The notes beneath the pieces were generated by a model. It did no database searches. It saw only the letters and a program-made list of their open reading frames with translations, and was not told the origin of the DNA. Below are positions 51,301 through 59,394 of a stretch of 64,000 bases of DNA, in pieces. The position numbers and the translations under genes were made by a program. The DNA is from Victivallis vadensis (GTDB taxonomy: Bacteria > Verrucomicrobiota > Kiritimatiellia > UBA8416 > CAMCYG01), in NCBI GenBank assembly GCA_945883775.1, contig CAMCYG010000003.1, positions 6,054-70,053 on the forward strand. The letters run 5' to 3'. The stretch's first letter is position 1, and the number at the start of each line of letters is the position of its first letter.

Positions 51301-52375
51301 GCATTACCTGGCCACCCGTAACGGGTATAGCCTGACCTGTCTCGTACTCCTGCTCCATGATGTAATAAATCGCCTTCATCACATCAGCCGTCCTGCAGCC
51401 CCTGCCCATTGGCACTTTCGCTTCATAAAACTTCTTCACATCTTCTACCGTTTTTGCGCCAGGGACTTTACCCGTTCTGAGATACTGAGCAAACAGCCCG
51501 TTTGCCGGATCCGACCACAACGGCCCGTCAAAGAAATTGCCAGGACATATGGAATTGACCTTGATTCCGTCCTCTATCAATTCCATCGCAAACGACTGGG
51601 TAAGCCCGATACCGCCAAACTTACTGCCGGCATACGCGCCGTTTCTGTTCGACCCCACAAGCCCGGATTTGCTGTTAATCTGGATAATGTCGCTGAGCCG
51701 GCCCGGTTTTGCCGCATGCTGCGCCGCCAATACAAGCGACGCCTTTTGAGCACACAGGAAATAGCCCTTGTAATTTACTGCGCCAACAAAATCAAAATCC
51801 TTCTCTGACTGCGACTTAACACTCTCCGCCTTCAAAACACCAGCGTTCGCGAGAAACAGATCGAATCCGCCAAAACGTTTGACTGTAGTCAAAACGGCAT
51901 CCGCAACTGAATTGCCGTCGGTTACATTGACCTTCACCGCCAGCGCCGTACCTTCTCCCTGCTTCTGGTTAATACCGGCAGCAGCTTTCTCAGCCAACTC
52001 GAAGTTCATATCGGCAAGCACGACCTTGCCGCCCTGATCAGCCAGATCCATCGCTATCTCGAGCCCGAATCCCTGGGCAGCACCTGTGACTATCGCCACT
52101 TTACCTGAAGCCCGACCCGGCTTTACAGTCTGCCGTGAAATAGCGAAACAGCCGATGTCCTTTACTGACACACTCTCAGGGACCTGTTTTAGTCCGCCAA
52201 CAAACGACTTCAGTAAAGCTATCAGCTCTTTCTGATCTGCGCCTTTCGGCTCAAACACGGCAACATCCTTACAGCTGCACTTCTCACTGAACTCAACCAC
52301 GGCAGGCACGTTCTTATCAGCATAATTCAGCCTCAGGAACGGTGCGATGGTACATATGATTTCTCTATTTTCCAT
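51293..52375 (-). CDS. Sorbitol-6-phosphate 2-dehydrogenase-like SDR (SrlD family) with ~95-aa N-terminal extension
   Basis: ATG at 52375, 5 nt after GGAGG. IQINSKSGLVGS..YAGSKFGGIGLTQS, KVPMGRGC and TGQAIPVTGGQVML closely parallel E. coli SrlD blocks. Confidence 0.8.
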   Translation of the reverse strand: MENREIICTIAPFLRLNYADKNVPAVVEFSEKCSCKDVAVFEPKGADQKELIALLKSFVGGLKQVPESVSVKDIGCFAISRQTVKPGRASGKVAIVTGAAQGFGLEIAMDLADQGGKVVLADMNFELAEKAAAGINQKQGEGTALAVKVNVTDGNSVADAVLTTVKRFGGFDLFLANAGVLKAESVKSQSEKDFDFVGAVNYKGYFLCAQKASLVLAAQHAAKPGRLSDIIQINSKSGLVGSNRNGAYAGSKFGGIGLTQSFAMELIEDGIKVNSICPGNFFDGPLWSDPANGLFAQYLRTGKVPGAKTVEDVKKFYEAKVPMGRGCRTADVMKAIYYIMEQEYETGQAIPVTGGQVMLK

Positions 52376-52392
52376 ATTTTCCTCCAAATCCA

Positions 52393-52466
52393 GCGCATGA
52401 CACTGCGCCGCTTCAACAAATCAATTCTCATTCTGAATTCTGACTACTGAATCCTGAATTCTTACC
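52393..52466. repeat. Degenerate REP hairpin plus heptanucleotide array
   Basis: CAGCGCATGACAC-TGCGCCGCTTCA is a decayed copy of CAGCGCATGACACATGCGCTGCTACAT at 53919. It is followed by TTCTCAT TCTGAAT TCTGACT ACTGAAT CCTGAAT TCTTACC. Confidence 0.75.
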
Positions 52467-53850
52467 TTTTTTTCTTCGGTGCCCCGTGAATACACTCACC
52501 ATGTACTGCGTGCGCCGCTTCCATCCAGGACTCCGCAAATGTTGGATGGCAATGGATCGTGTTCCCAAGTTCCTTTGCCGTCAATTCAGCCCTTATTGCC
52601 AAAGCCGCCTCGGTTATCAACTCGGTAGCATGTGCACCGACCGCCTGGGCACCAAGCAACTGATCGGTCTTTGCGTCGACAATCCATTTTACAAATCCAA
52701 CTGTCTCGCCAGCCGCCATCGCTTTGCCAAGCCCGACAAATGCGAATTTGCCTATCTTAATCTGAATACCCTTCTCCGTGGCCTTTGCCTCACTGAGACC
52801 GGCACATCCCACCTCCGGTGATGTAAATATGCATGACGGAACCATTGCTTCACAAGCTCTGCGTTTCGGTCCGATTGCGTTCTCGACTGCTACAACACCT
52901 TGCGAAGTTGCCGCATGCGCAAGCTGAGTGCTTCCTGCCGTAACGTCGCCTATAGCGTATATCCCAGCCACGCTGGTCTGACAATATTGATCAATCTCGA
53001 TATGCCCAGTCTTTGTGACAGCCAACCCGGCTTTCGCAAGATCCAGTCCATCCGTATACGGCTTACGTCCGATTGCGACAAGCAGCATTTCCGCGCTTAC
53101 TGTCTCGGCACCGACTTTGCCGCTGACGGTCTTGCCCTTGGATTCTATCTTCTCAAGCGGCTTACCGGTCATTACTTTTATACCAAGATTCGTCTCAAAG
53201 CTCTTGCGAATCTCGTGCCGCACATCAGCATCGAGCACCATCAATATATCTTCCAGCATTTCGACAATCGTCACCTTCACGCCAAGCTGTGCCGCCATGC
53301 AGGCAAACTCACAGCCGATAACCCCGCCACCCAGGACTATCATGCTTTCGGGCAGCTTGGTCAGCTCAAGGAATTTCCTGCTCTCGATGATATTTGCCGC
53401 TTTCGGGATGAACCCTGGAACGACGGACACAGCCCCGGCAGCTATGATCACCTTGCCGGCTTCAATAGCTTCCTTGCCATTGATCATGAGTTTGTTGCGG
53501 GAAACAAAAGAGGCTGTTCCCTCAAATACGGCAACACCGTTGGCCTTCAGAAGAGAGCCGACCCCCCCCTTAAGTTTCGCCACGACCTCGTCTTTGCGCT
53601 TTGCCATAGCCGAGTAGTCAAAGCTGTTCTTGCCAGGCACAATGCCCAGCGACTGGGAATGGGACATCTTATGATAAAGCTCTGATGAGGCGATCAACGT
53701 TTTTGTAGGAATACAACCCCAGTTCAGGCATGTTCCACCGAGCGCCTCTTTCTCCACCAAGGCAACCTTGGCGCCAAGTTGTGCCGCCCTTATCGCCGCA
53801 GGATATCCACCCGGTCCTCCACCTATAACAACAACATCAAACTTTTCCAT
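52462..53850 (-). CDS. lpd: Dihydrolipoyl dehydrogenase (E3)
   Basis: ATG at 53850 after AGGAGG. GGGPGGY FAD motif and redox disulfide GGTCLNWGCIPTK. Confidence 0.93.
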   Translation of the reverse strand: MEKFDVVVIGGGPGGYPAAIRAAQLGAKVALVEKEALGGTCLNWGCIPTKTLIASSELYHKMSHSQSLGIVPGKNSFDYSAMAKRKDEVVAKLKGGVGSLLKANGVAVFEGTASFVSRNKLMINGKEAIEAGKVIIAAGAVSVVPGFIPKAANIIESRKFLELTKLPESMIVLGGGVIGCEFACMAAQLGVKVTIVEMLEDILMVLDADVRHEIRKSFETNLGIKVMTGKPLEKIESKGKTVSGKVGAETVSAEMLLVAIGRKPYTDGLDLAKAGLAVTKTGHIEIDQYCQTSVAGIYAIGDVTAGSTQLAHAATSQGVVAVENAIGPKRRACEAMVPSCIFTSPEVGCAGLSEAKATEKGIQIKIGKFAFVGLGKAMAAGETVGFVKWIVDAKTDQLLGAQAVGAHATELITEAALAIRAELTAKELGNTIHCHPTFAESWMEAAHAVHGECIHGAPKKKR

Positions 53851-53887
53851 TTCAATTCCTCCTGTCTGTTTCCGCATATACTCATCA

Positions 53888-53945
53888 CTGCAGCTGAGCA
53901 TGCGTCATGCTCATTTTTCAGCGCATGACACATGCGCTGCTACAT
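53888..53945. repeat. Inverted pair of REP-like hairpins
   Basis: CTGCAGC-TGAGCATG-cgt-CATGCTCA tttttc AGCGCATG-aca-CATGCGCT-GCTACAT. Ends at the lipB stop codon. Confidence 0.85.
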
Positions 53946-54586
53946 CAAGAAACCAAATTATACCCGAACAATCTCACAAAATTATTAATCACCCGTTTTT
54001 TGACCTCGTTCATCTCCACATCTTCGACATGCAGATGCAGAGAGGTCACGCCCTTGTCCTTAATCCCGCATGGAATTATTCCACCATAATCCGAAAGCCT
54101 CACCCTGACATTCAGAGAGAACCCATGCATCGTTACATGACCTGCTATCTTGACCCCTATCGCGGCGATTTTGTCGTCACCGATCCACACGCCGCGATTC
54201 TGCCTGTCGCCGCGCGACTTGACACCATACTGCGCCAGCGTATCTACAATGATCTTCTCCAGCATATCCACGTACCAGACGACCTTGCGCGAATCGCTTC
54301 CCAGATCGATAATCGGGTAGCCTACCAGCTGGCCCGGCCCATGATATGTCACATCCCCACCGCGTGTGGTTTGAAAAACCTTTATCCCCTTTTTCTCCAG
54401 ATCCGCAGGCGCAAGCAGGAGATTCTCCTCCTTGGCACTCCTGCCCAGCGTATAGACCGGCTCATGCTCCAGCAGGAGGAGCGTGTCACCTATACTGCCA
54501 GCTTTTCGCTCCTTTACCATCGCCTCCTGAAGCGAAAGCGCCTGCTCATATGCCACTAACCCGAGGTCTTTGACGGTCAATATCAT
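53945..54586 (-). CDS. lipB: Octanoyltransferase (lipoyl(octanoyl) transferase)
   Basis: 213 aa with RGGDVTYHGPGQLVGYPI, AAIGVK and PCGI motifs. Confidence 0.9.
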   Translation of the reverse strand: MILTVKDLGLVAYEQALSLQEAMVKERKAGSIGDTLLLLEHEPVYTLGRSAKEENLLLAPADLEKKGIKVFQTTRGGDVTYHGPGQLVGYPIIDLGSDSRKVVWYVDMLEKIIVDTLAQYGVKSRGDRQNRGVWIGDDKIAAIGVKIAGHVTMHGFSLNVRVRLSDYGGIIPCGIKDKGVTSLHLHVEDVEMNEVKKRVINNFVRLFGYNLVS

Positions 54587-54592
54587 ACTGAA

Positions 54593-54627
54593 GAATCACA
54601 TATCACAGATCACAAACACAGATTTTG
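54593..54627. repeat. Degenerate heptanucleotide array abutting the lipB start
   Basis: GAATCAC ATATCAC AGATCAC AAACACA GATTTTG. Confidence 0.65.
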
Positions 54628-54666
54628 AACCATGCCGATAAACTAAATCCATAATTTCTTTTCTTA

Positions 54667-54732
54667 CTGTAGGAGTCGATCCCCTGATCGACGATTCTTT
54701 CCCATCGCCGATCAGGGGATCGGCTCCTACAG
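54667..54732. repeat. 66-nt near-perfect palindrome (CTGTAGGAG-headed REP pair)
   Basis: CTGTAGGAGTCGATCCCCTGATCGACGAT tctttccc ATCGCCGATCAGGGGATCGGCTCCTACAG. 29-bp stem with 2 mismatches; each arm also contains its own CGATC..GATCG hairpin. Confidence 0.85.
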
Positions 54733-54748
54733 AAGGAAGAAACGCCAG

Positions 54749-54784
54749 CGCTCCATCTTCTGGAGCGGAACGGCTACCCGTTCC
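54749..54784. repeat. Two adjacent hairpins downstream of the E2 gene
   Basis: CGCTCCA-tcttc-TGGAGCG and GGAACGG-ctac-CCGTTCC. Confidence 0.7.
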
Positions 54785-54810
54785 GTCGTAGCCTTCCCTC
54801 AAGTATTTAA

Positions 54811-56151
54811 TTACGCCAGACTCTTCCAGAGTCCGACATTCTCAAGCTTTTTCTTGATCGCGTTAACAAATGTTGCGCCAAGTGCGCCGTCCACAATCCT
54901 GTGGTCGCACGACAGCGAGATCTTCATCATGTTCCTGACACAGATCTTGCCATTCTTGACTACGGCCGTCTCCCTGGTGCTTGCCACCGCCAGGATAGCA
55001 CCCTCGCCAGGATTGATGATCGCATGGAACTCTTCCACATCCAGCATGCCCATATTGGAAACTGTGAACGAACTGCCGCTCATCTCATCAGGAAGAAGTT
55101 TACCTTCTCTTGCCCTCATGGCCATCGCCTTGGCAGTTTCGCTAAGCTCTTTCAGTGACATGTCCTGCGCATCTTTGATGCACGGCACGACCAGCCCTTC
55201 ATCAAGGCTGACCGCCAGTCCGAGATTCACTCCACTGCGCCACGACACACTCAAGCCGTCGGTAGTACTGTTGACTGCCGGGAATTCCTGCAAGGACATC
55301 ACGACTGCCTCAAGAATGAAGTCGGTAATTGTATATTTCTTACCTGCGTCTTTCAGTTCCTGCCTGAACACCATGAGATCGGTCATATCGACCGATACCG
55401 TCACATAGAAGTGCGGGATCATCATGAAGCTCTCTGTGAGGCGCTTTGCGATGATCTGTCTCATCTTGCTCATCTTCTTCGGTTTCTCGGCTATAGCGCG
55501 CTTGATGTCTTCAGTCCTGATCCTGCCGCCTTCGCCCAGGCCTTTGACTGTAAGTATGTCAATACCCTCGGCCTGAGCCATCTGCTTCGCAGTGGGCGTA
55601 ATCTTGAGATTCGCATAACCGCGTCCGTCCAGATAGGCTTTGACATCAGCCTCGACTATCCTGCCACCGGGTCCACTACCCTTGATGTTGACAGCGCTCA
55701 CTGCGCTGTTCTTCACCAGGACCTTGGCTCGCGGAGATATGAATAATCTCCCGGGCTGAGCAGCCACTGCCGGCTCGGCCGGCTTCGGCATCTGTACGGC
55801 AGGGACATCGGCTCGCGGCTGTGCCGGGGCAACTGATGCAGCAGCCGCAGTGGCTGCTGCCGGCGCGGGAGCCGCCGCCTTTGGCGGTGGCGGAGCATCA
55901 GGCGCCTTCTCTCCCTTATCACCTACATATCCCACAACGGTATTAACCGGAACAGTTACGTTCTCAGCTACCACAACCTTTATCAGAATCCCCTCAAAGA
56001 AACTTTCCACCTCAAGTACTGACTTGTCCGTCTCGATCTCGAACAGGATGTCACCCTTCTTAACGACATCCCCTTCCTTCTTGTGCCATTTGACAATCGA
56101 GGATTCCTCGACGGTCTGTCCGAACTTCGGCATTATTACTGCTTGTGCCAT
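54811..56151 (-). CDS. Dihydrolipoamide acyltransferase (E2) with one lipoyl domain and two peripheral-subunit-binding domains
   Basis: Lipoyl-Lys context EIETDKSV, Pro/Ala linker, two PSBD-like segments (ISPRAKVL...GSGPGGRI and ITPTAKQM...GLGEGGRI), and catalytic SCDHRIVDGA. Confidence 0.9.
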   Translation of the reverse strand: MAQAVIMPKFGQTVEESSIVKWHKKEGDVVKKGDILFEIETDKSVLEVESFFEGILIKVVVAENVTVPVNTVVGYVGDKGEKAPDAPPPPKAAAPAPAAATAAAASVAPAQPRADVPAVQMPKPAEPAVAAQPGRLFISPRAKVLVKNSAVSAVNIKGSGPGGRIVEADVKAYLDGRGYANLKITPTAKQMAQAEGIDILTVKGLGEGGRIRTEDIKRAIAEKPKKMSKMRQIIAKRLTESFMMIPHFYVTVSVDMTDLMVFRQELKDAGKKYTITDFILEAVVMSLQEFPAVNSTTDGLSVSWRSGVNLGLAVSLDEGLVVPCIKDAQDMSLKELSETAKAMAMRAREGKLLPDEMSGSSFTVSNMGMLDVEEFHAIINPGEGAILAVASTRETAVVKNGKICVRNMMKISLSCDHRIVDGALGATFVNAIKKKLENVGLWKSLA

Positions 56152-56175
56152 TGTTAGATCCTCCAGGCCTTCGAG

Positions 56176-58467
56176 TTACATTACCTTCAATGCGGTGTTC
56201 ATTATGTCTTTAGCGTTAGGCAGAAATGCCAGCTCAAGCGGCAGCGACTGCGGTGCGATACCGTTTTTCGCACCAAGCCTCAGCACAGGTGCGTCGAGAT
56301 AATCAAACGCCTGTTCCATTATCTGAGACGCAACCTCGCCGGTAAAACTACCCATGCTTATGCACTGGCTTACCACCACGCACTTGCCGGTCTTCTTGAT
56401 CGACTTGATGACAGTTTCCATGTCCAGCGGAACGATTGAGCGCAGGTCGATAACTTCCACACTGATCTTTTTCTCAGCCGCCAGCATTTCAGCCGCCTTG
56501 AGCGAATCATGGACTGACGGACCCCATGTGACAATCGTCAGGTCCTTGCCCTCTCTCTTCACATCAGCTACGCCTAGCGGAATCATGTAGTCGCCCTCAG
56601 GCACAACACCCTTGATCCCGTACAGAAGCTGAGACTCTACGAACATGATGGGGTTATTATCCCTTATGCATGTTGTGAGCAATCCCTTGGCATCAGCCGG
56701 GGTCGAAGGATATATGATATACATGCCCGGGAACCCGGCAAACATGCTCTCGATCGACTGCGAATGCTGTCCGCCATAGCCCTTACCGCCGCCGACTGAA
56801 GCACGTATCACCAGAGGCACCTCAGCCTTGGCGCCCGACATATAATGCCACTTGGCTGCCTGATTTGCGATCTGGTCCGACGCCATCAGCGCGAAGTCCA
56901 TATACATCAGCTCGACAATAGGACGAAGCCCCGTCATCGCCGCTCCGACCGCGGTTCCGCAGATGCATGCCTCCGATATCGGAGAATTGAACACGCGATC
57001 CCTTCCGAATGCTTCAAGCAGGTCCTTGGTTACCTTGAACGCTCCGCCGTAATCGGCAACATCTTCTCCGTAGAATATTACCCTGTTATCACGGATCATT
57101 TCCTGAACAAGTGTTTCCTTAATGGCATCTTTATAAGTAAGCTGTCCATCCTTACGCTTGATCTCAGGCACAGGCTTGATAATCTTGACCTTGCTATACT
57201 TCTCCGGAACAACATCGCATGCCGTGTTAGTATTAGTGTACCTGATAACATCCGCCGCTACCGGATCGGCTGATGCCGCGGCTGCAGCGGCGGCCCTTGC
57301 GTTCCTATCGACAACCCGCTTCTTCAATTCTTCAAGCGTCTTCTTGTTCAGCACGCCTGCGTCAAGAATCTGCTTTTCATAAGCATCGATAGCATCCACA
57401 CACCGCCACTGCGACTCTTCTTCCTTCGTCCTGTACTCATTACGAGGATCGCTAAGCGAATGTCCGTAATATCTGTAAGTATCAAACTCGAGCAGGTATG
57501 GTCCGTCGCCCTTGCGGCAGCCTTCGGATGCGCGCTTGAACGCATCACGCACAGCCATCACGTCCATACCGTTGATTACTTCAGCATGCATCATGTTCTC
57601 CGCAAAACCTGCGGCGCGCTTTGCAAGACACTCGACCCCGCTGACCTCATCATCAACCCTGCCGGTCATGCCATAGTGGTTGTTGATAATAGCGAATATT
57701 ATCGGAAGCCCACCCTTCTTATCCTTCGAAAGATAGTTGCTGAACTGACCCATTGCAGCCCAATTCAAAGACTCAAGGACTACGCCGTTAGCATAGGCGC
57801 CATCACCTGCGAAGCAGCAGGTGACCTTGCCATCCTGCAGATAGCGCGAAGTCATTGCCGCACCTGTGGCAATCGGCACGCCGCCACCGACGATAGCGTT
57901 AGCACCGAGGTGACCGACAGTGAAGTCGGCAATGTGCATTCCACCCCCGCGCCCTTTGCAGTAGCCATCTTCCTTGCCGAACAATTCAGCGCATGTCCTG
58001 TAGATATGATCTTCCAGCGCCGCTTCGACAAGCACCTTGATGTCCTTGGAATTGCAGTTCGGCACCCGCTTCTGGAGCCTCTCAACGCTCATGGCCCTGA
58101 TGGCAACACAGCCCTTGGCTATGCTGTCGCCATGGCCGCGGTGAGTGGATGTGATCTGGTCATCGGCCTTCATGCCGATACAGGCTCCAACAGAAGTGGC
58201 TTCCTGGCCGACCGAAAGATGCGTCGGGCCGCGATATTCGAAATTCTTTACCGACTCGTAAGCGCCGGACCTTATCTTAACAATCATCTCCTCGGCCTCG
58301 CGGATCATAAGCATGTCTTCAAGAATATCAACTGCCTCCTGCTTGGTTATTGTTCCGGCCTTCACCTCGTCTTTCAGTGTCTTGTCATACGCGAATTCTT
58401 TGATCGTCCCGAACTTGACGACCTTCGACTTGAACTCCGGCTTCCTGTTGCTCAGGTAATTTGGCAT
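56176..58467 (-). CDS. Fused E1 alpha-beta thiamine-diphosphate dehydrogenase component (acetoin/pyruvate dehydrogenase type)
   Basis: 763 aa. Alpha part has STHRGHGD, CKGRGGGMHIAD and GDGAYANG...NN (TPP motif). An Ala-rich linker joins a transketolase-like beta part. Confidence 0.88.
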   Translation of the reverse strand: MPNYLSNRKPEFKSKVVKFGTIKEFAYDKTLKDEVKAGTITKQEAVDILEDMLMIREAEEMIVKIRSGAYESVKNFEYRGPTHLSVGQEATSVGACIGMKADDQITSTHRGHGDSIAKGCVAIRAMSVERLQKRVPNCNSKDIKVLVEAALEDHIYRTCAELFGKEDGYCKGRGGGMHIADFTVGHLGANAIVGGGVPIATGAAMTSRYLQDGKVTCCFAGDGAYANGVVLESLNWAAMGQFSNYLSKDKKGGLPIIFAIINNHYGMTGRVDDEVSGVECLAKRAAGFAENMMHAEVINGMDVMAVRDAFKRASEGCRKGDGPYLLEFDTYRYYGHSLSDPRNEYRTKEEESQWRCVDAIDAYEKQILDAGVLNKKTLEELKKRVVDRNARAAAAAAASADPVAADVIRYTNTNTACDVVPEKYSKVKIIKPVPEIKRKDGQLTYKDAIKETLVQEMIRDNRVIFYGEDVADYGGAFKVTKDLLEAFGRDRVFNSPISEACICGTAVGAAMTGLRPIVELMYMDFALMASDQIANQAAKWHYMSGAKAEVPLVIRASVGGGKGYGGQHSQSIESMFAGFPGMYIIYPSTPADAKGLLTTCIRDNNPIMFVESQLLYGIKGVVPEGDYMIPLGVADVKREGKDLTIVTWGPSVHDSLKAAEMLAAEKKISVEVIDLRSIVPLDMETVIKSIKKTGKCVVVSQCISMGSFTGEVASQIMEQAFDYLDAPVLRLGAKNGIAPQSLPLELAFLPNAKDIMNTALKVM

Positions 58468-58488
58468 ATCATCCGTCCTTTCTTTATT

Positions 58489-59262
58489 CTAATACAAAAC
58501 TTCGACATTCTTCTTTTTCATTTCTTTTACAAATTCAGGGCTGACGCCCTGATCTGTCACTATCACATCGACATCATTCACCGTACCGAACTTGGCGAAC
58601 GATGCAAAACCAACCTTTGAGCTGTCAACCAGAAGAACGACCCTGGCGGCACGGCCTATAACGGCTTCTTTTGTATGCGCCTCAGCAGGATCGGTAGTTG
58701 TCAGCTCATCCCCCACCAGGCCGCTGGTACCCATGAAGGCTATATCGAAATTAACATGATTGATTATATGATCGGTAAGCGAGCCGACGAATGTCTGGCT
58801 GATCTTCCGGAACTCTCCGCCGGTTAGGATCACGCGCGGCCCGTTCTCGGCATACAAATTCGCCACATGCAGGGAATTAGTGACGATAGTCAGCCTGTTA
58901 TGGCTGCCAAGCAGTTTGGCAAAGGCGAAAAGCGTGCTTCCGCCATCTATATAAATGGACGACGATGATTTCACGAAAGACAGTGCTAGCTCGGCTATCT
59001 TCTGTTTCTGTTTGGCAGCCTTGGCGGTCTTGTCATCAAAGCCTGGCTCATCGAAATTGGTGTCAACCGCCATGGCACCGCCATGAACCCTGCGGACCAT
59101 TCCCTTTTCATCAAGCTCAGCCAGATCACGGCGTATTGTTGCAGGCGAAACAGAGAGTTCATTACAGAGCTTTTCGACACTGATAAAGCCGCTCTGCTTG
59201 AGGATTTCCCTAATCTTCTTTTGCCTTTCCACCGCAAGACCCGTGTTTAGCTCTATGCTCAT
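58489..59262 (-). CDS. DeoR-family transcriptional regulator
   Basis: 257 aa; N-terminal HTH (...LSVSPATIRRDLAELDEKG) and a DeoR C-terminal sugar-phosphate sensor domain. Confidence 0.88.
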   Translation of the reverse strand: MSIELNTGLAVERQKKIREILKQSGFISVEKLCNELSVSPATIRRDLAELDEKGMVRRVHGGAMAVDTNFDEPGFDDKTAKAAKQKQKIAELALSFVKSSSSIYIDGGSTLFAFAKLLGSHNRLTIVTNSLHVANLYAENGPRVILTGGEFRKISQTFVGSLTDHIINHVNFDIAFMGTSGLVGDELTTTDPAEAHTKEAVIGRAARVVLLVDSSKVGFASFAKFGTVNDVDVIVTDQGVSPEFVKEMKKKNVEVLY

Positions 59263-59353
59263 ATGTGATTACTTATGATTAGATACAATCAGATGTAATC
59301 ATAATGAATCACACAAGACAAGAAGAATTTTGCGTATTTTTTCATGGATTTCT

Positions 59354-59388
59354 TGTCGGACTAGTCTGACATGTCGGACCGGTCTGAC
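59354..59388. promoter_or_regulatory. Tandem pair of 17-nt near-palindromic boxes (candidate operator or structural repeat)
   Basis: TGTCGGACTAGTCTGAC a TGTCGGACCGGTCTGAC, between the GHMP-kinase stop and the deoR-family start. Confidence 0.4.
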
Positions 59389-59394
59389 TGGCTA

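Noticed and set aside
54596-54802. 68-aa minus-strand ORF between E2 and lipB
   Set aside because: The sequence is made of the 66-nt palindrome, two hairpins and a heptamer array, so the peptide is translated repeat DNA. The ORFs at 45762-45974, 39794-40255, 40861-41082 and 38154-38372 are rejected for the same reason.
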